This document shows, piece by piece, positions 37,990 through 51,269 of a DNA stretch of 64,000 bases. The notes under the pieces are model-generated. The model ran no database searches, had not been told where the DNA came from, and saw only the letters and a list, made by a program, of their open reading frames with translations. How positions within the stretch are numbered: position 1 is the stretch's first letter; the number at the start of each line of letters is the position of its first letter. Position numbers and translations under genes: made by a program. This DNA comes from Octopus vulgaris. Its lineage: Eukaryota. Location of the stretch: NCBI GenBank assembly GCA_951406725.2, contig OX597822.1, positions 48,670,001 to 48,734,000 of the forward strand. The letters run 5' to 3'.

Positions 37990-38335
37990 TCGGCCGAAAC
38001 TGCAACGACGATCTGGAACTCGACTGAGGATAGGAAGCTCCGAATGACCCGTCCTTGTTCTTTCCTGTCCTTCTTTGTGTCGTCTAATTGCCCGGATGTT
38101 TTGTTGTCGCCTGTTACGTTCTTCTTCGATTTTTCGTTTTCTTTATATATATATCGCTTGACAATCCATGCTGGTGTGTTTATGTCCCCGTAACTTAGCG
38201 ATTCGGCAAAAGAGTCCGACAGAATAAGTACTACGCTAACAGAGAATAAGTCTGGGGTCTATTTGTTTGACTAAAGGTGGTGCTCCAGCATGGTCGCAGT
38301 CAAATGTCTGAAACAAGTCAAAGAATAAAAGAATA
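37728..38335 (+). mobile_element. SINE family A with insert 37988-38145 in the internal microsatellite
   Basis: Head from TGTGTGGTAAGTAGC; tail CAGCATGGTCGCAGTCAAATGTCTGAAAC. Confidence 0.85.
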
Positions 38336-38450
38336 TATACATACATACATACACCCTTACACACATACACATACAAACATGCATACAAACACACACACAT
38401 ACATACATACATACATACACACACATACACAAACACACATACATAAGTGA

Positions 38451-38733
38451 AAGCGCGTGGCTTAGTGGTTAGGATAATCGGCTCACGATTGTAAAGTCAT
38501 GAGTTCAATTCCTGGTTGCGCATTATGTCCTTGAGCAAGACACTTCATTTCACATGACTCCAGTCTACTCAGCTGACAAAGGTAAGTTGTACCTGTAATT
38601 CAAAAAAGGCCAGCCTTGTCACATTCTGTACCCTGCTGAATACTCGTCCAGTTGCACGTTTATTTCACGTGCATGTTGTTCATCTGTTGATCGGATCAAC
38701 TAGAACGCTCGTCATCGTAACCGACGGAGTCCC
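38451..38733 (+). mobile_element. SINE family C (tRNA head, CORE-like, shared 3' module)
   Basis: A box TGGCTTAGTGG, B box GAGTTCAATTCC, GTCCTTGAGCAAGACACTT, tail GATCGGATCAACT...CGTAACCGACGGAGT. Confidence 0.8.
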
Positions 38734-38867
38734 ATTAATCTCTGTCCACCTTTCTATCTACCATCATAGAGGCCAGCTGTCCTGCTGATGTGAGTAGATC
38801 TCTTCGAAAATCAACGAGAAAAAAAGGATAACTACTACTTAAATTTAAAAAAAATTTTTTTCTTCTT

Positions 38868-39115
38868 TTACATGTTTCAGTCATTTGACTGCGACCATGC
38901 TGGAGCACAGCCATTTTAGTCGAACAAGGCAACCTCAGGACTTATTCTTTGTAAGCCTGCTACATATTCTCCCTGTCTATTCAGACAAAGTATTAGTCAG
39001 TCCAATATTGGCCAGTCCAGTGCTATGCGAGAAGATACTTGCCTAAGGTGCAACGCAGTGGAATTGAACCCCAAACTACGTAGATGCAAATATAGTTTCT
39101 TAACTATGCAGCCGT
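38868..39115 (-). mobile_element. SINE family A, internally deleted
   Basis: TTTCAGTCATTTGACTGCGACCATGCTGGAGCAC ... GAAGATACTTGCCTAAGGTGCAACGCAGTG. Confidence 0.75.
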
Positions 39116-39826
39116 GTCAAACCCCCCCCTCTCTCTCAGAGATATTATGCAACAGTTTGATGGAAACTCAAGTAACGAAATTTCTGCTGAAAACTATAAA
39201 TCATAAACCATTTTCACATGCGTTTAGGAAGCGGGTCTATAATTTTTTTTACGTATCGAAAAACAGCACAGGAGACTGAGCGCTGTAGGCTACAGAGCCA
39301 GTTCAACATAAGTCCACTAGATACAATAATTTTTATTAATGATAAAATATCAAATCGAGCCAAAGTACGAAAACTTGCTTACAGTATATCGGCAGTTACG
39401 TGGGGAGTTCACATCATCTCATCACATCTCCTTCCCCAGCATACATAAATCACACCTGACATGTGTCTTATATTATTTAACGTGTTGCCTTTAAGAAATA
39501 TTTTTGTTTAATTATCTAATGAAAAATTCGTCTTAGGCAACGAGTGGATGATAACAAAATCATAGCAATAGTGCATAACCCTGGTGGCCGATCGCAGTTA
39601 CCCAAAACATCACGGCCAGAAATACGAGCTTTGCATCTTGTATTGCAATTTCCTTGATTAAAATATAAACAGTTGATCTGAAAGAAAATAAGTTCGTAAA
39701 AATGGTTCTCGCATAATGTAATTTATATATGATCAATTTGTGATTCTGTACGTTATTACAATATACTCTCACAGCATTGCATTTACTTAAATTCGTACAT
39801 TTTATACCCTACAAAGCTCCTTTGTA

Positions 39827-40331
39827 GAGGTGCAATGGCCCAGTGGTTAGGGCAGCGGACTCGCGGTCGTAGGATCGCGGTTTCGATTCCCAGACCGAGT
39901 ATTGTGAGTGTTTATCGAGCGAAAACACCTAAAGTTCCACGAGGCTCCGGCAGAGGGAGGTGGTGAACCCTGCTGTACCCTTTCACAACAACTTTCTCTC
40001 TCTTTCTTCCTGTTTCTGTTGTACCTGGATTTCGAAAGGCCAGCCTTGTTACACTCTGTGTGACGCTGAATCTCCTCGAGAACTATGTTAAGGGTACATG
40101 TGTCTGTGGAGTGCTCAGCCACTTGCACGTTAATAAATTAGCTGCAACGTCACTGGTGCCAGCTGTATCGGCCCCTTTGCTTTTCCCTTGGATGACATCG
40201 GTGGCGTGGAGAGGAGAGGCTGGTATGCATGCACAAATGCTGGTCTTCTATAAACAACCTTTCCTAGACTTGTGCCTTGGAGGGTAACTTTCTAGGTGCA
40301 ATCCCATGATCATTCATGACCGAAAGGGGTC
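39827..40331 (+). mobile_element. SINE family D (tRNA head) with alternative 3' tail
   Basis: A box TGGCCCAGTGG, B box GTTTCGATTCC; colinear with the 43717-44082 copy up to ~40134, then diverges. Confidence 0.85.
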
Positions 40332-40429
40332 ACAAAAACAGAGTTCCTTCAAAATACCTTTCCATAAGAGGATAATGAAACACTAAAATTGATTTTTGCC
40401 TTCTTTTTTTTTGTTTTTTATTCAAATTA

Positions 40430-40668
40430 TATTCGTAAAATATGGGTGTTTCTTAACCGAGACTACGTATTTGTGTTTATATGCACGGAAACAGGTATTT
40501 TTCCCTACAAAAGTACGTCAGAGTATCTTTCCGTAGGTTTGTGACAAAGCATTTTAAAATTATTTTTTGCTCACAATTTATTTGTAAAATAAGGGTACGT
40601 CTTAAGGGTACGTCTTATGTAGGAGTACGTCTTATGTAGGAGTACGTCTTATACGTCGGCGAATACTG
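40430..40668. mobile_element. Probable pogo-like DNA transposon end with GTACGTCTTA subterminal repeats
   Basis: Four GTACGTCTTA repeats ending ATACGTCGGCGAATACTG; no partner end found. Confidence 0.4.
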
Positions 40669-41216
40669 GACTTTGTATGCGAATACACTTCACCATGTTT
40701 CATACAATTCATCTTATAATGTGTGTGTGTGTGCGCTCGTGCAATAGGAAGTTAGATATACTTTCAAGAAGATCACATACAATTTCCAATATCATTTGCA
40801 CAATTGGAAAATAGCGATATTTGATTTTATTCAACAAACTTTCAACTGCTGTTTTTATGAAAATGAAAACTACTGCTGTGTAGGAAGATGCATGTAAAGG
40901 TGTGTGTATTTGTATGCACATACAAGTGCGAGCGCGAATATATATACATATTATATAAAAATATATTATATTTATATAAAAATATATGTATATGCATAAA
41001 TATATATATATACATATGTAAGTATGTATGTATGTATATATGTATATGCATAAATGTATATATGTATAAATATATAAATATATATATATGTATGTGTACG
41101 TAAATATTATATATATATATACATATATATTATACCATTTATATATATATATATATATATACCATTTATATATATATATATATATATATACATATATATT
41201 ATACCACATACATATA

Positions 41217-41276
<60 letters not shown>

Positions 41277-41899
41277 CATATGTGTATATGTATACTCATA
41301 CACATACACTCACACACACGTGTATATATTTTATAGTATGCGTATATGCCGATTGTTTGTCTATGTGACTGTAGCTGCTTGGGGGAGGTATATATGTGTA
41401 TATATATGTGTGTGTGTGTGCATTTTAAGCGTTTGTAACGATGCGGTGCTGTTTGTGTGTACAGGATGCACCACTGCTGTCTGTGCGTGTAGGTTTTCTG
41501 CTTTGAAGTGGTTCTCCCTTTCCGACTCTCTCTCTCTCTGTCTTTCTTTCTCTCTCTCTCTCTCTCTCTCTCACTCGTTTTTTAAGATGATATTACTTGA
41601 TGTCAGTCCTCGTGCAGAGGTCAGGGTGAAGACAATGATGACGGTGATGATGATGATGATGATGACGATGACGACGACGACGGCGATGACGACGATGACG
41701 ACGACGACGGCGATGACGGCGATGGTGATGGCGGTGGGGGATGCTGAGGCTGCCGCTGCTGCTGCTGCTGATGCTGATGGTGCTAGTGACGATGATGTTG
41801 ACGATGGTGATGATCATGGTTGTGATGAAGCCGGTAGCCAACACGGTGGCGGTGACAGCAAAAAAAATAACATATATATATATATATATATACATATAT

Positions 41900-41934
<35 letters not shown>

Positions 41935-41941
41935 AATATAA

Positions 41942-42017
<76 letters not shown>

Positions 42018-42235
42018 AAGTGTGTGTGTGTGAGTTCGGATATATATGTGCGTGTGTTTATGTATAGAAGGTGTTTTGCTTCCTGCACGAAACATCAAAA
42101 AAGAGTAAATACTTTTATGTTCATCGATTTGCATTCAACATCCGCATGCCCCCCCCCCCCTACCCCCACTCCCCGCCACCAGCTCCACCCTGCTATTTTT
42201 ATTCATTGTTTAAATACAGATACACACACACATGC

Positions 42236-42268
<33 letters not shown>

Positions 42269-42275
42269 CGTATAC

Positions 42276-42306
<31 letters not shown>

Positions 42307-42444
42307 AGTGTGTGTGTGTGTGCATGTCTATGTATATATTTATGTATATATTTATATATACATATTTTTATACATATATATATATACATATGCATGTATA
42401 TGTCAAATATACATATCAATCTATCTGTCTATCTATCTATCTAT

Positions 42445-42490
<46 letters not shown>

Positions 42491-43019
42491 GCATACACAT
42501 GTATATATGTATGTAGGAGTGTATGTATATATATATATGTATATATGTGTGCATGTTATGTGTGTACGTATGTATGTGTATGTGTTCATCGTTATCTTTT
42601 CATTTGAAGATCTAAGAAACATGGAAAGTTCCAGAAAATTCTAATTTCTTCGTTTTTTTGGGGTTTTGCCTTCTTTTTTTTTTTTGCTTCTCTTTCGTTT
42701 CTTTCAATTCAGGTGTTTTTTCGTTTCATTTTCCTTCAGTTCCATCTATTTTTTCTCTCTTCTTAATTCTAGTTATCTTGAAGGTGTGTGTGTGTATGTG
42801 CAAATAGACACATATATACATGCATACATTCACACACGCACACGCACAAGTTATATATCTTTATATGAATGTGTATGCGTGTGTATTATATATATATATA
42901 TGAATGTATACATATATGTTCATATGAATACATACATATGTAGTAAGCGCGTGTGTATGTGCATCTATCTAAATATGCGCGTGTATGTGTGCGCGCGCGC
43001 GTATATATGAATACATGTG

Positions 43020-43068
<49 letters not shown>

Positions 43069-43183
43069 CATACATGTATATACACATATCTATATACATG
43101 CACGTATGTACGTTTGTATATATATATATATAAACGCATATGTATGCATGTATATATATGTGTATATAATGTATATATATGTG

Positions 43184-43235
<52 letters not shown>

Positions 43236-43243
43236 TATATATG

Positions 43244-43283
<40 letters not shown>

Positions 43284-43323
43284 TGTATAAATATATATGT
43301 GTATAAATATATATATATGCATG

Positions 43324-43361
<38 letters not shown>

Positions 43362-43716
43362 TGTATATATACATACGTGTGGTTATACATAAATGTGTTT
43401 ATGTGTGTGTGTTTGCGTATTTGTAATAGTGCGTGCACGTGCCTCCATAAGTAAAATTAGGAAGAGAGAGCCAGGATTTATCTTAGCCAATGAAATAATG
43501 AACTTTGTGCGCCATCTTGTATAAAGAAAAACTGTTTTCATTACAGTATACCATGCCATTTCGTGTTAACATGAAACTTAAAGTAGCAACACACATCAGC
43601 TGCTTTATCCGTATTTTTGTGAAGATGCGGTTACCATTTCTTGTAGCTTGAGCTACATAGAATCCTCATCATTTTTGTTGTAGTTATATACATATACGTA
43701 TTGATACATATATCGC

Positions 43717-44082
43717 GGTACTCCGTCGGTTACGACGACGAGGGTACCAGTTGATCCGATCAACTGAACAGCCTGCTCGTGAAATTAACGTGCAAATGAC
43801 TGAGCGCTCCATAGACGTGTCCTTAACGTAGTTCTCGAGGAGATTCAGCATGACACAGAATGTGACAAGGCTGGCCCCTTTGAAATACAGGTACAACAGA
43901 AACAAGAGGAAAGAGTGAGAGAAAGAGTACAGCAGGGTTCACCGCCACCACCCCCTGTCGGAGCCTCGTGGAGCTTTAAGTGTTTTCACTCAATAAACAC
44001 TCACAATGCCCGGTCTAGGAATCGAAATAGCGATCCTACGACCGCTATTCTGCTGCCCGAACCACTGGGCCATTGCGCCTCC
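43717..44082 (-). mobile_element. SINE family D
   Basis: Minus head GGAGGCGCAATGGCCCAGTGG; tail shared with family C copy 38451-38733. Confidence 0.85.
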
Positions 44083-44463
44083 ACTATACATATATATGTG
44101 CGAGTGTCTACATAGATACACACACACACACACACAAACACACATATATATATATAATATGTATGTATGTATATATATGCACCCCACCACATACACAACT
44201 ATGCTTATACACTCAGTTACCGCCTCAGTCGCCGCCATCGTGACCGTATAACTATCTCTACTACCACCTCTACTGCAATTACTACTATCATCAAGAACAC
44301 CTGAACCACGTATCACTACTACTGCTACTACACCGCCGCCACCACCACCACCACCACAACAACAACAACATCTTCCACCATGACGACCGCTACTACCACC
44401 GCCACCGTCATTACCACATACACACACACTATACTAAGATCGCAACTTCCACAACCACTGTCA

Positions 44464-44494
<31 letters not shown>

Positions 44495-45037
44495 TTACTA
44501 CTATGACTACTACTACTACTACTACTGCTACTACTATATTCACTAACTACTACCATCACCACCAACACCACCATCATCACCACTACTACAATCACTATCA
44601 CTACTACTACTACGACTACCTCCACCACTACTAGTACAGCATCTATTACCACTACCACCACCACCAATACCATTACCACCACCACCACTACTACTACTAC
44701 TATTACTACTACTACCACTTCTACTACTACTACTACAACAAAATCCTACGCAAACCACCATCCACCACCAACCCTTCCACCATTCTGAAATCTCGTCTGT
44801 TGTTCCTACGAAAAGAACTTCGTAACATATTTTCTTTCTTTTTTCCCTTTCTGTTTCCATTTTTTCTTTGTTCTTTCTTTCTCTTTTTTTTTTTTTTTTT
44901 ACTTTCCTACTTCCGACTTCTCCTCGCCTCCTTCCCACACAAGTTTAGCTCAGCATTCCTTCACTTTTTTAAATCGTTGGCTTGGTTATACACATACTCA
45001 CATATGCATCTTCACACAAATAGTCAATATGTATGTA

Positions 45038-45151
<114 letters not shown>

Positions 45152-45167
45152 TATATCTATACATATT

Positions 45168-45310
45168 GCGCTCAAATCGACTGGCGCTCAAATCGACTGG
45201 CGATCTAATCGACTTGTGATCTAATCGACTAATCCAGTTGCGATCTAAACGACTGGCCCCTCCCCCCAAAAAAAATTTCGGGCCTTGTGCCTAGAATAGA
45301 AAATAATATT
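45168..45310 (+). mobile_element. 5'-truncated SINE B with reiterated AATCGACT motif
   Basis: Five ~16-bp variants precede GGCCCCTCCCC...GGCCTTGTGCCTAG. Confidence 0.75.
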
Positions 45311-46030
45311 GTATTATTTGTTTACAAAATAAATATAAGATAATATATATAATTGTCAACTTTTATTATATCCATTATATATATTTTTTCCGGTATAAAT
45401 TAATATTACTAAGAAATATTACCGGTTTCTGGTACATTGGAAAGGAAAAAAACTTCTGGTACGCCACAACAGATAATTTGAGAAGCACTGTTGTAGAAGA
45501 CACTCGCCCAAAGTACCAAGCCGTGGGACTGAACCAGAAATCACGTGGTTGCAAGCGCCTTAAGCATACAGCCATGGCTATTTTGTTTTTCATCTGACTT
45601 TTTCATAGCGAGTTGTGCTTGCTAATGGTGTGTGCGTGTGTGTTCAGTTAAAATATATTATCTCGCACCAAGAAGTTTTACTGCAAACTTGAACATCAGC
45701 GAAATGAACAACAGAAAGAACTGATCATTTTCATATACTTCTATGGAATGGCACATTCCACTTGCCAAAAACGGGATCGTTCGTAGTGCAATTTCAACGA
45801 CATGTGCAAGACATCATGCTATCTCTCGAGTTTTGCTTTTATATTTACTGTTTTATTAAAAAATATAACAATTCACATATTAAACTTAACAAAAGTTATG
45901 ATTTAGTATTTCATGTTAAAAACAAAACACAGATTGCTAACACATACACATTCGTATTAGAGGCAGAGGATGTTTAAGCTATAATTCAATATAAACGTTG
46001 AAAAATATTTCCTTTAGAGGCATTACTAAT

Positions 46031-46598
46031 GGCGGCGAAGTGGCAGAATCATTAACATGCCGGACAAAATGTTTCGCAAGATTTCTTCCGTCTTTACGTT
46101 CTAGGTTCAAATTCTGCTTTGTCTTTCTTTCATTCTTTCTGGTTCGATAAAATAAGCACCAGTTGAGCATTTGGGTCGATGTAATCAACTTAATCCCCGA
46201 CCCCCGATCCTGCCGAAAATGCTGGCCTTGTGCCAAAATTTGAAGCCATTATTAAGGCAGCGAGCTGGCAGAATTGTTAGTACGCCGGACAAAATGTTCG
46301 CGGCATTTCTTCCGGCTTTACGTTCTGAGACCAAATTCCGCCAAAGAACCTCCTTTTGAGGTCGATAAAATAAAGTACCCGTTGAGTACTTGGATCGATA
46401 TATTCAACTGGACCCCTCCCCCAAAATGTCAGGCCTTGTGCGACACATCTTTCACGTCTTTATGTTCTGAGTTCAACCCTCACTGAGATCGACTTTGTCT
46501 TTCACTCTTTCGAAGTCGACAAAATAATGTAACCAGTTAGATAGTGGAGGGGGATCTATGTAGTCCACTCGTCCTCTCCCCTCAAAATCGCTGACCTC
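46031..46598 (+). mobile_element. Head-to-tail cluster of three SINE B copies
   Basis: Heads at 46031 and 46255; third body from ~46445. Confidence 0.85.
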
Positions 46599-46974
46599 GA
46601 ACACTGAAACAGACCAGGGTCCTGTTTAAGGGGCTGTTGTTATCTCGATCCCTTATACTCAATGGAAACTAGGTAACCGTGCTTATGAGCCTTAGCCCTC
46701 CAGGAAAAAAAATTGTCTTCGATGTTCATTATTCCTTGAAATTACATCAAAAGACTCCCGGTTACATAATTTATATATATAAATAATGGTTTCATGCAAA
46801 GAAGAATCTCTCAACAATTATCAAGCTTCCCACATGGCAACGTTGGATTGTGGCAGACTTGATATTGTTAAGGGTAGCATTGTTAATTCATAAATAAAGA
46901 ATATTTATTCACCATTGCGGTGTTGAGCATTCATTCTTACTGTTCGATATTTATACATACAAAGACAGCCAGGC

Positions 46975-47009
<35 letters not shown>

Positions 47010-47093
47010 TAGATAGATAGATAGATAGACAGATAGATAGATAGATAGATAGACAGATAGACAGATAGACAGACAGACAATACATAGATAGAC

Positions 47094-47147
<54 letters not shown>

Positions 47148-47441
47148 GATAGGATAGGATGGGATGGATGGATGGATGGATGGATGGATGGATGGATGGA
47201 TGGACGGACGGACGGACGGATAGATGTATAGATAGATAGATTACAGGATTCTACCTGCCGATGTACACTACACATTCAAATATCTGCGAGTCTTCATTCC
47301 CATCCTTTTAGGTTTTACGTCTCGCTGATGAATGTATTTGGTCACACGAAACTTTCCTGTTTGAACGAAATATTCATTTGAACATTGACATTATGTTTGT
47401 CAGTTAAATATGCTTAATACTCATAACTATCTATCTGTCTG

Positions 47442-47472
<31 letters not shown>

Positions 47473-47537
47473 GACTGAAACAAATAAAATATAAATACCT
47501 ATCGAATTATCTATCTGTTTTTCTGTCTGTATGTGTG

Positions 47538-47569
<32 letters not shown>

Positions 47570-47631
47570 TGTATGTATGTATGTATGTATGTATGTATGT
47601 ATGTATGTATGTATGTATGTATGTACGTATG

Positions 47632-47820
47632 CTCGCTTCCGTTTTTAATTATCTAAATTCTTCCATCGAGGAAGGAACTGATTTCTAACAAAGATACAAA
47701 GCTCCATTGTTACAGTGTAGATAACAAAAACAATGTCACATTTTAAACTTGAGAAATATCTTCTATAGTATTACTGTTCCGCTTACAGATTGTGCGTGTA
47801 ATGTGCGAGTTAGTCGGATA
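47632..47820 (-). mobile_element. 3' end of an R4/Dong-like element inside (TATG)n
   Basis: Minus translation IRLTRTLHAQSVSGTVIL*KIFLKFKM*; homologous to 13835-14000. Confidence 0.6.
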
Positions 47821-47869
47821 TTTATGCGTGCATGCATGCTTGTATGTATGTACCTATCTATGTATGTTC

Positions 47870-48155
47870 TGCCAGGTCACTCTTAGGAGGTACAACCTGT
47901 TGCATGGTCGAGTCGTCGGCAACTAAACTGGCAACCCCATCAAGTTTGCTTTGTGATGAGGGTGGTTGTTGGACACCCTGCAGGACAAAAAATAAGACCT
48001 TTCAAAGGGTGGAAGAGCACATGAGCAGTCAACGGCCATCCGACAATGTGTGTGCATGTGTATGTGTGCGCGGGGATGGAGAAATACGTAGGTTGATGTC
48101 CGGGCGCGCGGTTGGCCCACTGAGAGTGGGAGTGAGAGAAAATCTGCAACACTGA
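47870..48155 (+). mobile_element. Possible decayed RTE-type LINE 5' UTR / start of the endonuclease
   Basis: TGCCAG...CTAAA-CTGGCA enclosing pairing; downstream LRVGVRENLQH weakly resembles the APE start LRIGTWNVRTL. Confidence 0.35.
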
Positions 48156-49047
48156 CGATATTCAATGATGTAGACTTGTTCTTCTTTTCGAGTTTATGCT
48201 GTCCGTGTTCAGAGAGTGGGATTGTATTTGGGCAAATCCTTTTCCCACTAAGAAAAACTATCATGCACAGGCATCGCTTGAAAAAAATAAAGTAAGACCA
48301 ACCACAAAAATGGCTGGTCGTAGCCTTCGCATCTGTGGGACTTTCGAACAGGCGATGGCATTACTCGAGCACGAGTTTGCAGCCATCATTTATGTATGTT
48401 TGCATGTATACATGTATACATATAGCTATCCATCTATTGATCCATCCATCTACCAGACTTTCTGCGTCTCTATCTGCTATCCACCTGCTTAATGTTATTC
48501 CTATCTCTGTCAAGGCGCTTAAGTATTAAACCCTAATCCAGCAACAAACATCTTATTGTTTCTTGTATTTGTCTGTTTTACTTAATACTCTTTGATAATC
48601 TCGTCATTCAGTTAATCTTTGTTACTGCCATTGCCAGAAACCACATTTAACTGCAAAGTCAACATACTTGTATTTAGTATATACACACATATATACACAT
48701 GCATGCATTCAGATTTACGCACATAGATACGCATGTGTGTGCATGAGAAAGAATGTATGTGTGTATGTGCATTTATATACATGTATGTAGACATATCCTT
48801 TCCCTTTAATTTTCTGCCTTTGTAGCTTTTACATCTGTATGTGTATATGTATATGTGTTGTGCATGTGTGTATGTATGTATGTATATATGTGTTAGTGTA
48901 TGTGTATGTATGCATGTATGAATGTATGTGTATAGATGCATATGCATATATGTACGTGTATACACACGCTCACGCACATACGTATATACACACTTATGTG
49001 TGTATATATATATATACACTCTTATGTATATATATATGTATATATAC

Positions 49048-49090
<43 letters not shown>

Positions 49091-49252
49091 TACATATATA
49101 AATATACATATGTATATATACACACTTATGTATATATATACATATATATATACACACACATATGTATATATATAGATAGATATGTATATATGCATATATA
49201 AATATACATATGTATATACATATATATACATACGTACATATATATATATATG

Positions 49253-49320
<68 letters not shown>

Positions 49321-49589
49321 TACTTATGTATATATATATATATATATATACATATATGTATATATACTTATGTGTATGCCAGTCTATTCATAAAAACCAC
49401 GAGTAATTATCCTCAGGACTTTGTTTATATATAATAATAGTCTTGAACCAACATATCTGCTCTGTCTACAAACTGCTCTCGTCTAACAGCAGACAATAGA
49501 GTCACGTGACGTAGGATTGCAACCTCCAGTCAGCACTGCTCGCTCTATTGTTGGTAGAAACATTCATCCGATCTGATGCTGTTGTATTA

Positions 49590-49745
49590 ACAGAATCGTT
49601 AAAGTGTCTAGGGAACCGTTTTACCGTTTTTCTCTTTTTTTTTTCGTTACACTTTGTTCTGAGTTCAAATCCCGCCACGGTCGACTTTGTCTTTTGACAT
49701 TTTTGAGATCAATAAAACAAATGCTAGTTAGATATTGACCTATTG
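49590..49745 (+). mobile_element. SINE B, diverged
   Basis: CAGAATCGTT...GAGTTCAAATCCCGCCACGGTCGACTTTG. Confidence 0.7.
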
Positions 49746-50011
49746 TAACCGTTTTCTCTGTTGTTTTGTACAAGTTTCAGTCCCTTAGCTACGGTCGGTC
49801 AGTGGTTGTGCAGATGACTGCTATCTAAGCAGAAACACGTGTCTATGGCTGATTTCCTATCTCCAGACAATAAGCCGGTCCTTTTCCTTAATGGCATCTC
49901 AACTTTGAAGATATTTGATTTTTGAGATCGTCTCCCCTTCTCATGTGACGCCGGCCTCGACTGCAATTGGATTATTATGACACTCCAGATCATTTAAATA
50001 AATCAAGAAAT

Positions 50012-50081
50012 TAATTCGAATGGTATTTAATATAGCTATATATATATATATATATAGCTATATTAAATACCATTCGAATTA
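50012..50081. repeat. Perfect 70-bp palindrome centred on (TA)n
   Basis: TAATTCGAATGGTATTTAATATAGC-(TA)n-GCTATATTAAATACCATTCGAATTA. Confidence 0.95.
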
Positions 50082-50149
50082 TATATATATACATACACAC
50101 ACACATGTTCTACACGCGCGAGCATATATATGTGGATGTGCGTGTGTGT

Positions 50150-50575
50150 GTTGGCGTAGCCGGGTGGTAAGAAGCTTTCTTCCCAATCATATGGTTCTGG
50201 GTTCAGTCCCACTGCGAGGTCCCTTAGGCAAGTATCTTCTGCTATAGTCTCGAGCGGACCAAAGCCTTGTGAGTGGATTTGGTGGACAGATATTGAAAGA
50301 AGCCCGTCGTATATATGTGTGTGTCTGTGTGTGCGTTTGCTTTGTGTATCTGTATGTGTGTGTCTTTGTGTACGCGTTTGTACCTCACCACTGTTTGACG
50401 ACGGTTGTTGGTTTGTTTACGCCCCCGTAACTTAACGATTCGGCAAAAGATACCGATAGAATAAGTACCAGGCTTTAAAATCAATAATCCCTGCGATCGA
50501 TTCATTGGACTAAAACTCTTCAATGCGGTATCCCAGCATGGCCGCAGTCTAATGTCTGATACCAGTAAAAGACAA
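50150..50575 (+). mobile_element. SINE family A, full length
   Basis: GGGTTCAGTCCCACTGCG ... CAGCATGGCCGCAGTCTAATG. Confidence 0.85.
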
Positions 50576-50597
50576 AAACATAGATAACGTACCAGTC

Positions 50598-51075
50598 TAA
50601 TATTCGGTCGATATATTGTTCGTTATTCGGTCGATATATTGTTCGTTATTTGGTCGATATATTGTTCCTTATATATTGTTCGTTATTTGGTCGATATATA
50701 GTACCTTATATACTGTTCGTTATTCGGTCGATATATTGTTCGTTATTTGGTCTATATATTGTTCCTTACATATCGTTCGTTATTTGGACGATATATTGTT
50801 CGTTATTTGGTCGATATATTGTACCTTATATACTGTTCGTTATTCGGACGATATATTGTTCGTTATTTGGTCGATATATCGTTCGTTATTTTGGTCGATA
50901 TATTGTTCCTTATATATTGTTCGTTATTTGGTCGATATATTGTACCTTATATACTGTTCATTATTCGGTCGATATATTGTTCGTTATTTGGTCTATATAT
51001 TGTTCCTTACATATTGTTCGTTATTTGGACGATATATTGTTTGTTATTTGGTCGATATATTGTTCATTATTCGGT
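50598..51075. repeat. 23-bp minisatellite (TATATTGTTCGTTATTTGGTCGA) with 14-bp variant and ~241-bp higher-order duplication
   Basis: Directly visible. Confidence 0.9.
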
Positions 51076-51269
51076 TGTTCGCTAAAATTACCCCCAGACG
51101 CCATTCGTAAATTGTAAGCGCAACATATTGTACATTCTGTGTGCGATGTTCGAAATATATTTTGTACTTTTAAGCATGGGCAAAAAGCTGCAAATTTCGA
51201 TTAGATTTACTTTGATAAACATTGAATACTTTGAATATTCAGATATCTTAAATGTTTTTCCGTTTATTT

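Noticed and set aside
49501-49514. GTCACGTGAC E-box/CLEAR motif overlapping a CRE-like site
   Set aside because: A single short motif with no gene context
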